Positions 9,301 to 20,200 of a DNA stretch of 49,006 nucleotides are shown here, piece after piece; within the stretch, counting starts at the first letter, position 1, and every line of letters begins with the position of its first letter. Source of the DNA: Barthelona sp. PAP020 (Eukaryota). The position numbers and the translations under genes were made by a program. The stretch lies in assembly GCA_040182905.1 (NCBI GenBank), contig JARQWU010000047.1, positions 1 to 49,006 of the forward strand, read 5' to 3'. The notes beneath the pieces were generated by a model, which did not search any database, was not told the DNA's origin, and saw nothing but the letters and a program-made list of their open reading frames with translations.

Positions 9301-12237
9301 AATTTGATTGATATTTTTTTCTGATAAAATATTTTGTTGAGCAAGGTATAACATGATAGCTGAATGATAGAAAGGATAATTAGGTAAAATTTTGATATCC
9401 CATTTAATGAGAGTTCCAAATAAAGATTTATCAGAAGTGAAGATTAAATCTTCAAAATTACTAGCAGAAATGTTAGAATTAACTTTATTTTTAGAAAATA
9501 ATTCAAAAATTAATTCAAAATTTTTAGTTAACAATAAATTCAGCATGATCAATTCTAACAAATCAAACATTCTAGTTTTTCTTTCAAAAATCACTGAAAA
9601 AAATGTTGATTGTAGTTCAAATAAATTTTTATTGGGATCAATACAACAAAATAAATGAGATAAGTATTTTTCAACAAAAATACTAATAATTTTCTTATCA
9701 AACTTATCATTCTTGTTGAATTCGATGAATAAAATAGTATTTTCTTCTATTTCTGCTAGATACCAATCAATAATCAATTCAATACATTTTTTTAAACATA
9801 AAGATTTATTTTCACTATTATCATTTGTATCCATCGAATATAAAAAATGAATCAAAGCAATACAACAATGAAATAATTGTTTGAAATCATATTTTAATTT
9901 ATTTGTATTTTTTGAATATTTATAATGTTTTAAAAGTTTTACAATTATTTCATAAATATTATCAAAAGAATTTATTAAATTGAAATCAATTGATAAATAA
10001 ATCAATAAAATTAATTTTGCTAAACTAATTTTAATTATATTATTTGATTCGTTTGATTTTGCTAAATGTTTATTATATTCTACAATCAAAAAGTTTAAAA
10101 AGTTTTGATTTTCATCATTTTCATCATTATTATCAAAATTTTGATGAAAATGAAAATTGAATAAAAAGTTTGAATTATAACAAAATAAATTTCTTAAATA
10201 AATCAAAATAAACTCAAGTATAGCAAAATCATTCACATCTACTAAATTTTTATAAACATTAATCAAAAATTCAATCTTTTCTTTATCATCATTTTCTATT
10301 AAATTATCTTTAATTTTAGTAAAATTCAAAAATTTTGAATGAAAAATATAAGATTGAGATTGTTTTAAAGAATTTATAAATAAATATATGATAAATACTT
10401 GTAAATCAGAATTTTCTTCATTTATTAAAATATTCTTCACTAATAGTAAAATTTCAATATTTGCTAGATTTATTTTAATTTCTGTTAAGTATAATATAGA
10501 AATTTGTTTATTTTTTAACATATTAAAAATGATTTTCAAAAATTCAATAATATTCTTCTCTTTAGCAATATCAAATAAATCTTTTAAAAATAAATTTTTC
10601 TTTTCTAAAGGTAATTTCAATATAATATTTTTGAAAATCTCTTTTGTTTCAGAAATAAGTTCATAATTTGCTAAAATGTATTTGATTAAACTTAAATATG
10701 AAATCAATTGAATTTCATCATTTTCAAAATGTTTTATCAATAAATTTTCAAAATTTTTGGATAAATTTTTTAATATTTGAAAAATTTGATTATCTTTTAA
10801 AAAAAATTTTTTTTCAATTTTTTGAATTTTTTCAATTTTTATATTATTAATTGGAATAAATAAATGTAATAATTGAAAAAAATTTTGTTTTAAACAAAAA
10901 ATAATTAAAGAAGTAGTTAAAAATGAAAGTTTTAAATTTTGACAAATTTTTGCCAATAAATTAAAAACAATTTTAGATATTCTTAACAAACCATTATTTT
11001 TCAGCAAAAACTTTCCAATCTGCTCAAAAATAGTAACAACACCATAAAGTATCAATAAATCATAATCAATCTTTGTATAATCAATTATCATTAAAGCAAT
11101 TTCCAAATCATATTCTTCAATTTTGAAAACTTCTTCAATAATTTCAATAAAATTTTCATCATCTTCTTCTTCTTCAATATTTTCTTTTTTTTCTTTTTTA
11201 TCTCTTTCTTCTCTTTCTTCTCTTTCATTATTATTTTTCAAAACTATATCAACAGTAGATTCAATCCCCGAAAAACAACAATCTTTCAAAGCATATAGAT
11301 ACGTTAACACTAGATCATTCGGTACATTCTCGATTTGATAATCAAGAGAATAAAAAAATTGAATGGCATTGGGAATAACCAATAACTTGATTAACAATTG
11401 CAAACAAAATTCACTAGATAATGTTTGTTTGGCTTCATCAACAATCCAATGTACATAAGGAACAACAATCTCAACAAAACTAATTTTCTTTTGAGGATTT
11501 TGGACATTTTGTCCTTTGTCTTCAATCTGAGCATTGTCAAAAAAGCTTAAAACCTTTTCCAACGTTAAAACCTCCATTTCTTTAATTTCATCGATAAATA
11601 CATTTTGTTCACATAAAATTCCAGATAAATCACTCAAAAATTTCAAAAGATAAGTTTCAATGACAGTAGATTTAGCCTTTATTAATTCCAAAATCTTTGA
11701 AAAAATGGTAAACGTTTTGTAAGTATAAACTTGTACAATTACAAGACTGTCATAATATTCGTTAATGGTATCAAACATATCTTCAAAATTGAAAACCTCC
11801 ATTGCAAATTCGTGATTAAACTCTAATTGTTGGTTATGAACCAATTTTCCTTTCTTACAATTAATACAAGGAATTGAAGTTTCAACCGATTTCCAAAATT
11901 CTCGAGGTGTTATCTCAATGCTCTTGCAATATTCTTGCATCTTATCCTTTAATTCATTACATTTTTCAATGTTTTTTCTATACTCATTAAAAATATTCGA
12001 AATATCTCCTTCATTGCTAAAATCAACAAAATTGGAAAAAAAATCATTCCAACTCTTACTTTTTTGTAAACATTCATCTAAATAATGTTTATCTAACTCA
12101 GTTAACTCAATTTCTTCAAATAAATCATATATATCAGGTAAAACAATCAATTTCTCATTTCTATCTTTTTCATTTCTTTCTTCAATTTGTTCCTCAAATG
12201 GACTATATTCATCGGGTAATATTATTTGGTTTTCCAT
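6355..12237 (-). CDS. large helical protein, EPG5-like (autophagosome-lysosome tether) (1960 aa)
   Basis: The ORF itself is secure. Two blocks resemble EPG5 as recalled: N-terminal NEYRKNIEKCNELKDKMQEYCKSIEITPREFWKSVETSIPCINCKKGKLVHNQQLEFN and internal RLESL..AEIPPP...LQKIFNIQRAVTEYRCSNDACKLQKPL...QILEQL. Family assignment is by eye. Confidence 0.55.
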   Translation of the reverse strand: MENQIILPDEYSPFEEQIEERNEKDRNEKLIVLPDIYDLFEEIELTELDKHYLDECLQKSKSWNDFFSNFVDFSNEGDISNIFNEYRKNIEKCNELKDKMQEYCKSIEITPREFWKSVETSIPCINCKKGKLVHNQQLEFNHEFAMEVFNFEDMFDTINEYYDSLVIVQVYTYKTFTIFSKILELIKAKSTVIETYLLKFLSDLSGILCEQNVFIDEIKEMEVLTLEKVLSFFDNAQIEDKGQNVQNPQKKISFVEIVVPYVHWIVDEAKQTLSSEFCLQLLIKLLVIPNAIQFFYSLDYQIENVPNDLVLTYLYALKDCCFSGIESTVDIVLKNNNEREEREERDKKEKKENIEEEEDDENFIEIIEEVFKIEEYDLEIALMIIDYTKIDYDLLILYGVVTIFEQIGKFLLKNNGLLRISKIVFNLLAKICQNLKLSFLTTSLIIFCLKQNFFQLLHLFIPINNIKIEKIQKIEKKFFLKDNQIFQILKNLSKNFENLLIKHFENDEIQLISYLSLIKYILANYELISETKEIFKNIILKLPLEKKNLFLKDLFDIAKEKNIIEFLKIIFNMLKNKQISILYLTEIKINLANIEILLLVKNILINEENSDLQVFIIYLFINSLKQSQSYIFHSKFLNFTKIKDNLIENDDKEKIEFLINVYKNLVDVNDFAILEFILIYLRNLFCYNSNFLFNFHFHQNFDNNDENDENQNFLNFLIVEYNKHLAKSNESNNIIKISLAKLILLIYLSIDFNLINSFDNIYEIIVKLLKHYKYSKNTNKLKYDFKQLFHCCIALIHFLYSMDTNDNSENKSLCLKKCIELIIDWYLAEIEENTILFIEFNKNDKFDKKIISIFVEKYLSHLFCCIDPNKNLFELQSTFFSVIFERKTRMFDLLELIMLNLLLTKNFELIFELFSKNKVNSNISASNFEDLIFTSDKSLFGTLIKWDIKILPNYPFYHSAIMLYLAQQNILSEKNINQILTASNISTKNIIIIHYFLETLLKTFPNFQKKNLSNLLQNIQLLSSSNDNYKIDLYREAFNIRLESLNCFAEIPPPMDILKDAFDILKLYDVSKNVKLYESNQFSSAISTTTTSIFSMNSLPTSSVTKNKFTHPKNILNPLFLARYANTIKKQLNNVCTKTNGFNDMLSSIQYNFAEYFQHLQKIFNIQRAVTEYRCSNDACKLQKPLLGDISTRVVSVGQILEQLKETLLYQMSFDVNGLAKSLFSLLAMFHLNCNTPLFLPELMIYNFNTVGSQQTQSRVAINNADAIEIILIMLANIPQKQQHPLNTIKEEFVKFLVFLSLNIEDESANLYNINNRIFQTIFEGSYNQDWIECLINYYVPRTTKDFIQTFKLFNNSLVLLSDEVLKHKVSYLFKFLVQFDYYRFKSTNPNDEETELFINELVKLEKISSIKNLQVLNQRINSILHLHFTLVNGSCSIEIKHIIDLFLSYNGHIPIELLKNFEHCMFLSRNESNDVKQMMRLIEWQYYENDEREEEDTKFKNKSLIKFLEITKRFGFSTAIFEKLLMFYMKFESIPDFATVLFQNIFYLVNNDEFANILLIKLPDFHHLFIMKEEEFTNEIDWNFQLITEHINNHISLGIGFYPWSVIFFNQIKQSKNHELSNFDLSTNAINCLFFNTTIRKNLSLFFEYHTMFGLQITPTFLFIMEQFDSFIFKYFTYVCEMLKDFQFLCNTQQLYYLLKPRESKHYEPFFSLIEIKNPFCLLNERKFLKELTNFYYESKLNFDDFPNVLQMFCVDIVINNDISKGIQLDEMLLDMLLNQKTNLAINSASQFCMLNDEKHLRFFEYLVKNKLLAGVVFMLPVVLPMFSKQISSLITDNFKGSEFLTICTCLLNLFKITQIAENSLDCDLIFSKLIGYNNLIKSFDPFDRLTTIERHVSFILCNEFKTCNGNGLDLFKASSDIPFNLDFLPGYALNNPILFVSKEMPVRKYKSLLDFCKY

Positions 12238-12527
12238 TTGTTTTCAATCAAAAAGAATAGTAAATTATATTTTTTTCTACACAAATTTTTGGATTTTTTT
12301 ATAAAAACCCTTATTTATGTATGTTTTTGGTATATTTTTTATTTTTTAATTGATTAAAGAAAAATATTCAACAAAATATCTCGCAAATCGATTTTAAGTT
12401 CCATGTACTTTTCTTTTAATTGTGATTTTTGACTATTTAAGTATAAAGGAAGAATTTATCATTTATTAAAACATTGAACAATTGAAAAATATAAACGATT
12501 TTTATATTTTTGTGAAATATTATTCAA

Positions 12528-13337
12528 ATGGACAATTGCAACAATAATATAATATTATTTGATCCCGATTTAAGCAATTGGTCATCAGTAGATTGTTCAA
12601 TTGGGTATTATATTGATGTAGACGAACAAATGCTTCCTAATTTGAATCAAATATTGAAGCAAATCAAGCGATTATTTCCTTTAAGTGAAAAATTAAAACA
12701 TATTAAGCGAATATGGAAAAAAAATGGTTCTATGAGATTATTTATTGGTTTATGTGAAGATATTGACAATTTAATTGATTGGCCCATTACATATTTTGAG
12801 TTTTCAATCATGCAAAGAACAGAAATTCCTTTAAAAACACCATATACCAAACACAATCATAAATTAGCAAATGATATATGGTCATCTCACCTTTTACAGT
12901 ATCCTATGGGTTGTAGCTTGGTTCATCCCGATTTTACTAATTTTGATGCGATAGAAACTCGGTTGTTCTCTTTGATTGAAAGTTATCAACAGCCTTTCGT
13001 TATTTTTTTTGATAAAGAAAACAGTATATTTGAGAGTCTAACTTTATTTGAGGAATTAATAGATTGTACACATCCTTTAAAGAGCCTATATTTAACTGCT
13101 ATTGACCGTTTAGTACATTCAACAAATCCTTTAAAACCTGGGTATCTTCTTACTGAACTTGATTGTTATGCTTATTTAGAACCAAATGTATACGAAGCCA
13201 TGTGTTTGATTCATTCTAGATGCAGAAGATTGTTCTTTCATAAGAAAATAAAGGCAAATGGTGGAATACAGTATGAAGTTCAATTGAAGGTGCCAAATCA
13301 CAAAATGTTTGTTGCACAAATTCTTGACAAAGCTTGA
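12528..13337 (+). CDS. TAD3: tRNA A34 adenosine deaminase non-catalytic subunit (ADAT3/Tad3)
   Basis: Tad3 hallmarks in the expected order: LKHIKRI, HPL, GYLLTELDCY..LEP...AMCLIHSRCRRLFF, GG, NHKMFV. Confidence 0.85.
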   Translation: MDNCNNNIILFDPDLSNWSSVDCSIGYYIDVDEQMLPNLNQILKQIKRLFPLSEKLKHIKRIWKKNGSMRLFIGLCEDIDNLIDWPITYFEFSIMQRTEIPLKTPYTKHNHKLANDIWSSHLLQYPMGCSLVHPDFTNFDAIETRLFSLIESYQQPFVIFFDKENSIFESLTLFEELIDCTHPLKSLYLTAIDRLVHSTNPLKPGYLLTELDCYAYLEPNVYEAMCLIHSRCRRLFFHKKIKANGGIQYEVQLKVPNHKMFVAQILDKA

Positions 13338-13586
13338 CTTCTAGTTGACTTTTGCACAAACAATTTTCGAAGTTTTGAGTGTTGGTTGATTTTAGTTCAT
13401 GACTATCTCACATAGTGTTGACATGTCAAAATATTCTTCCTTTTTTCAGTTTTTGTGGTCTCTTATTTTGAGCTTGCCACACTGTTTCCGATTGGCCTTT
13501 ATTTGTTTGTTTTGAACAAACATTTTATAAATTAAACTGACAGATTTTTATTTACAAGAGAAAATTTCCGCAATAAGAGAGACTTT

Positions 13587-13773
13587 TCAAGTTTCCACAT
13601 CAAATATAAAAGCTTTATCCCAATTATCAACCGCAAAATATTTTCCATCTGGTGAGTATCTGTGAAATATGTCCTACAATGGCAATTTTTTTCATTTCTC
13701 TCACATTTTTTTCATATATCTTTGGAGGAATCACATCATGCATAATTTTCGTCATCAATTCACGTATCGAGTC
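13587..13773 (-). pseudogene. 5' fragment of the local WD40 family, with a frameshift and an in-frame stop
   Basis: Manual translation: DSIRELMTKIMHDVIPPKIYEKNVREMKKI / frameshift near 13660 / RYSPDGKYFAVDNWDKAFIFDVET*. Matches ILPPKIDESSVSEIEDL...YSLDGKHLVIGSFPQAHVIDVET of 25162..26373. Confidence 0.8.
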
Positions 13774-14204
13774 AAAAGATATATCAAAAGATAAAAGAAA
13801 TTAGATTAAATTCTAAAATCTTTATTAAACAAATCTTTCCCAATTCTCTCTTCATTTTTATCATATTGGATTCAGATACTAGAAAGAAGTCATGTGAGAT
13901 AAAAATTTGAAAAACTCCATTGAAGTTGTTCTTTAGTCCTTTAGAATTTTGTTTCTCAATGAATTTACCTTGTTGATAATATTACATTTGTTATATATTG
14001 TACTTTTTGATAATTTTGGTGTTTGATTTGATAGATCTATAAATAACTTCAATTGTTTGAATGAGCGATGTCATTTTGACATGGATGTTTTTTGGTTTTT
14101 ATTGAATAATCAAATTTAAATATCTTTGGAATATAAAAGAATCCTGCATTTATTAACTGATCATTGAAATACAATGAAAAATATTGATTTTTTATATATA
14201 TTAA

Positions 14205-17200
14205 ATGGAAAGAATAGGATTATATGGATTTTTATTGCTGATTATTGTGTTCTTTAATTGTTTCCAATTGATATATGGAAATAAAATCACAGAAAAATCA
14301 ACCTACAGAATATTTGAGAATCGTTGTGAATATCCTTTAGAACCTGGATTTAAATTAGTCAAAACAATAAAAGGAAGCAATATTAATGAGTATTTAGGTG
14401 AAACAAAAATAGAATTTTGTGATGAATTCATAATTATTCATTCGAAACAAGAAAACATGATAAATATTTATCGTAAGAATACTTTTACGTACATTCAAAG
14501 TCTTTATTTGGGTACTTCAACTGATTTTGCAGCTGTTGATGATACCATTGCTGTTGGTTATGGTTTAGATGATAAAAAGATTGAATTTTACATGTTCAAC
14601 AGAACTTTAAGTCAATTTACGTTGTTTCAAACGTATTACGATCCTAATAATATGTATTTTGGAAAATTTTTATCAGCAGGTTCTGGAAGATTTGTTATTG
14701 CTGGACAAACTTTTTTTTCTTTGAATGTCTTCATGTTTTCCCCAACGGAAAATCTTTGGAAGAATGTTTTTGAAATGAATACAACCTCTTTAGTTGATAT
14801 TGACATTACATCCATTAAAATGTTTGATCATGAGTTTTTAGTATATTTGAACGATACTACTGTGAAAAGATATGTATTTGATGTATTTAATAATTCATAT
14901 TATTGGTTGGAAACTGTAAATTACAATTCATCCCGTGTTATTTGCACTTCTTCTTTTCTAAACACTTTTACATGTGATTATGACATTCATGGATTAATGT
15001 ATCAAATTCATCATTACGATTATGGTGATAATATCATTAGCTACGATCTTAATGACAATATTGCAGTTGTTTTGCAAATAAAGCAATCAAATTTTGAAGT
15101 TTTTGCGATTGTTTTATCATTATCTGATGGTTTACACCCTCAACAGATAATGAAAATAGAATTGGATTATTATACAGACTATCAAACTGTTTCTTTAAGT
15201 GAAGATAACGAGTATATTGTGTTTTTTCGTAATGGTACCGATAATGTTGGAATAAATTATGTCTATTATCTATCATGTTTATATTCTACGTCTATTTGTT
15301 CAAAGGATACTAAGAATTGTCGTTGTGAGCAAGATAATAGTGTATATGATTGGCAATTTTTGGGTACAAAGGAATTTTTAGGCTATCCCCAAATAGTTTT
15401 AACCAATCCTAGTTTTGAAGTTATTTCGAATGACTTTTCAAGTACTATAGAGATCTACAGGTATAATGACCATTTAGATATGAAAAGTGTTCATAAAAGT
15501 TATCCACAAAGTGATTCTGTTGTTTTAACCCCTTTTGGGATTGTTCAAGGGTATAAAAATGAAAAGAAAGTTAATGGTAGTTTAATAAATATGATTTTAA
15601 AAGAAGAATGTAATAATTTTGGGAAAAGAATGGTAAGTGGTTTGAAAATTTTTGGTGTTATTGGAGATTGTCCTTATATCTATCTTTTTAGTGATAATAG
15701 TAATCAAACGATTGATTTAGATTTTATTCCATCAGATTCATGTTATTTTGCTATACTAGAGGAATACATTTTAATTAACTCTACAGATTATTTGTATATT
15801 TATGATTATTTTGGAGTTTTATTTCAAAAAATTGCTTTATTTGATATATCCTCAGATCCATCAGATTTATCAATTATTGCTATTGATTCAATACCTAAAT
15901 TTCAAATTTTTATAGGTAATTTGTTTATTGGATATAAACAATGGATATTTAATGATGTTTTAAATATTTTTGAATTAAATGAAAATGAATTTGATTTTTG
16001 TAGTGAAGAAGATACGTATAATCTAGTAGACATTCAATTATATGCTTCAAATCATTTAAGTCAATTAAACATTTTATGTATATATAAAAACGATTACAAC
16101 AATGATCATTTGACAAAGATTGAAAGTTTTATTCAGTATAACACTACTTTTAAGCTTAAAAATTCCATCAAAAAACATGTTTCAACTGTATTAACATCAT
16201 CTTCTAATTTTTATTCAAATATTAAAGGATTTACGTTTGATGATTACTTTTTTATTTCTAATGCCACTCATATTGACATATTTCATTTGGGTTGTTTGGG
16301 TTGTAAAGAAGGTTTTTATCCTCTTAATAAATGTAATAGACAATATAACATTAGTCAAGCAAGTTATGATATTGTTGATGGAATTTTTCCCATTAATGGT
16401 TATGAATCTTTGTTCACAGAAACTATGTTTTCAACAGTAAGTGGAACAACAAATTTTGCTTATGAGGTTGTTTATAATTCATTTCTTGATACCTTGCTTG
16501 TTGGACAAAGAGTTGATACAAGCAGTGGTAAGGCTTTTTCCATTCTTCAAAGGAATTCCAGTGATTTATCTTCCTTTTCCTTAAAATATTTTCATTCTGC
16601 TAACAGTTATGAATATGTACCTGTTCACATGTCTTATTCAACTGCTTTTATTGCAGTTTCATCTAGTTTTGTATCAACTGGTGAATATATTGTAAGGTTG
16701 TACATCTATGTTGACTCATCAAAATCTTGGAATTTCGTTTTTGACCTTCGAAAAGCAAATGTCGATACATCTCTTTTAAATTCGGGTACACCTGCTTCCA
16801 TGACTTTTGGTTATCAGAGTGTATTCTTTGAAAATATTTTATTCATAAGTGAAAAAACATCTTACATTCACGTGTTTAAATTTATGTTTGATATATCGAA
16901 CAATAAAATATCGTATGAACATATGAAATCGATATTCATTGATTCTGTCAGTTCATTAGTGATAAAGCGTCACAGCAAAGGACTAGCCGTTTGTTTACCT
17001 GATGAGAGAACAGTGAGAATATATGATATGGAAGATTTGGATGTTTACCACACCTTTACAGCACTTTCCTTGACAACCTACACTTTTGTTGATTTTAGCA
17101 TAAGTGGGAAATTTGCTTCGATTGGGTACACCAAGTCAGGAGAAAGTTATAATGTGTATGTTGATATTTTCAAAAGGCAAAGTGATTCATCATGGATTAA

Positions 17201-20200
17201 CGTTCAAACTATCGAATTTATCGGTACTGGTTCAGTTGTTTCTTTGAGTATGACCGATAATGTGCTTGTCATTGGTTTATCAGGTGTGAATACAGCCTCT
17301 TCAAATGACATTTTGAAAATTTTTAGATATTCAACATTTTCAAACTCATGGATCGAATTTCAATCACTTGAAACTCATGAGGAAATCGATGTCACCAGTG
17401 AATTTGGTCGAAGTGTTGATATAACTCCTGATGGATTGTCAATTATTGTTGGTATGTTGCGTTCTTCCGGTTATATTTCAGTATTTGACATTACGTTTGG
17501 AATTTCATCCTTTGAACATATTGCAAGTGGAATCACAAGTTGTCCCAACAATACCTATTTTGACGCAGTAACTAATAATTGTATTGCATGTCCTATTCAT
17601 CATACATGTGTCAGACAACAAGATAATTCTGTTGTTATCCAAGAATGTGACACGGATGAGTACACAGAGGACAGTTTGGTTTGTAAAATGTGTCCTTATG
17701 GTATATTTGACATTGAGTTGAATATGTGCAAGGTATCATTGATTGATACTGCTATTGGAAGTTCCAATGATGGTTTTGGACATTATGATAGTTGTTCAGA
17801 AGGGTTTGTTATTTCTGCTGATGGAACAAAGTGTATTTCTTATCTGCAATCAGATTGTGATAATGAATGTTCAAATCTTGGTGTGTGTGACGTTAGAGAA
17901 TGTCGGTGTGATTGTGAAACTGGTTATGGTCGAAGATATGAATTTGATGATATTTCAAATCTACGCTATGTTCCATATCACGATAATTCATTTGAATATG
18001 TAGATTTTGTTGCAAATAAAGCTGGATACATTTTACTGATTCATCAAAACGTTACCACAATATCTCTAACCATGTTTGGTCCACATAATTATATTGTACC
18101 TCTGAAGAATTTCAACATTCCTCGAAGGCTTTTTGTGAAAGCAGCAATATCTTTGAATAATGCGGTAATATTCACAGATTTATCTTTAGGGTATTTAATA
18201 AGTTGGAATAAAGCTGTTAATGATGGTTCAATTACAGATTTTTCATCAATAGAAATATTCATGAATTCTACTGTTGTTATTAGTGAGAAATGGTTAGTTA
18301 TTGATAGTCATGTATATAATCTAGCAGATTTAGCTGCTATTGCTTATCAAATCAATACAAATTTATGTACTTCTTTATCAAACATACCTTTAGAATATAA
18401 TGTTGAGATTTCAACAAATTATTTAATGTTTTCTTGTGTTAATCATGTAGATGATTCAATTACAGAAGGTATTGTATTCTTTTTTGAATATAATAATGAT
18501 TCATGGGGATTAAAAGAGATTTTATCTCCTGATAACAGTGATTACAAGTATTTTGGACATCCTTTAAAAATTTCAAAAGATGAAACTGAATTAATTGTTG
18601 GTTTTGAAAAAGGTTTATTGTTTTATGAAAGACAAACCACCGGTTGGGTGATTAAGAATAAATTGATCACTGGAAAGCCTGTAATTACGGTTGACTTTTC
18701 AGCAGATCGATTATTAATTGCTGATGAGGAAAATTTATCCATTTTCCAACGAGATGGTTTGATTTTGACAAATATTTGGACGTTTTCAATGTTGTCAAAT
18801 TCTGTTAGTTTTGATAACCCCAGAATTTCAATGTTGAAAAATCGAGTTGCAATTCTTGTGAATAACACGTTTGTAAGTCTTTTAAAAGAAACTTGTAATA
18901 CTTGTATTTCCCCTCTTATTTATGATTCATTAGAAAACAATTGTGTTCCAACATATGCTTCATCTTTGATTTGTGAAGATGGTTATTTTGATAATTTTGG
19001 GGAATGTCAACAGTGCGATGGACCATACATTTGTATTTCAAATACTAAACAATCGTGTCCAAATGGAACAACTCCAGCAAATAATCGTACAAAATGTGTT
19101 GAATGTCCATCAGGTCGTTTTTGTGTTGAAGGAGAGTTTCCTCAAATTTGTCCAATAAATCAGGCACCTTTTCCCATTGTTGCTGCGGATCATTGTGAAC
19201 AATGCTCTTCTGGATACTATGGAAACGGTATCGAATGTGTGTTGTGTCATGAACCTTATGTATGTACAAATGGATACAGGGAATTTTGTTCCTCTGGTCA
19301 AAAACCTGCCGGAATTGATTCTTGTACTAACTGTATTTTGCCAGAATTATGTCCTGATGGGTTTGTGACGTATTGTCCTGCTGGACAATATGCAGTTTCA
19401 TTAACTCAATGCAATACATGTCCAGATGGTATGGTTTGTACTGGAGATTCTGCTCCTACAGGTTGTGCCAGTAATCAGATTATTTCACCTGATCGTACAG
19501 AGTGTCTTTCTTGTCCAACAGAAAATTATTGTATTGATGGGGTTGTATACTCTTGCAACCAAGGATATACCCCTAATGTTACTCACACCGGTTGTGAAGA
19601 ATGTCCTCAAAACCGAATTTGTCTTTATGGATATGCTGAGGCCTGTCCAGAAGGTTCACTTCCTGATGCTTCACAAACCTATTGTGATGTTTGTCCAGTT
19701 GGAAAAATTTGTATAAATGGGTATGAAATGGGTTGTGATGCTGGTACATTACCAAATGAATCTCAAACTGAGTGTGTTTCTTGTCCTGCAAACAGCATTT
19801 GTGAGGATGGATTCGCTGCTGATTGTCCTTCTTTATATGCTCCTAATAGTGATCAAACCGCTTGTATCAGTTGTCCAACAACAAACATTTGTCCAAATGG
19901 ATATATTGAAACATGTCCCAGTGGACAAATGCCTAATTCCTTTTTGTCTTATTGCATTGTATGTGAACAGTATCATTATTGTGCCAATGGTTATGCTGAA
20001 CAGTGTCCAATTGGAAAAATGCCTAGTGTTGATCAGACAACATGTGTTGATTGTTATGAGGGGTATGCTTGTTCACCAGGTGTCGCAATTACTGAATGTA
20101 TTGGAACTACTTATGTTAATAATGTGTTGGGGATTTGTGATGCCTGTCCCACTGGACATTATTGTGAAAATGGTCAAGTAAAGACATGTTTGAGTGGTTT

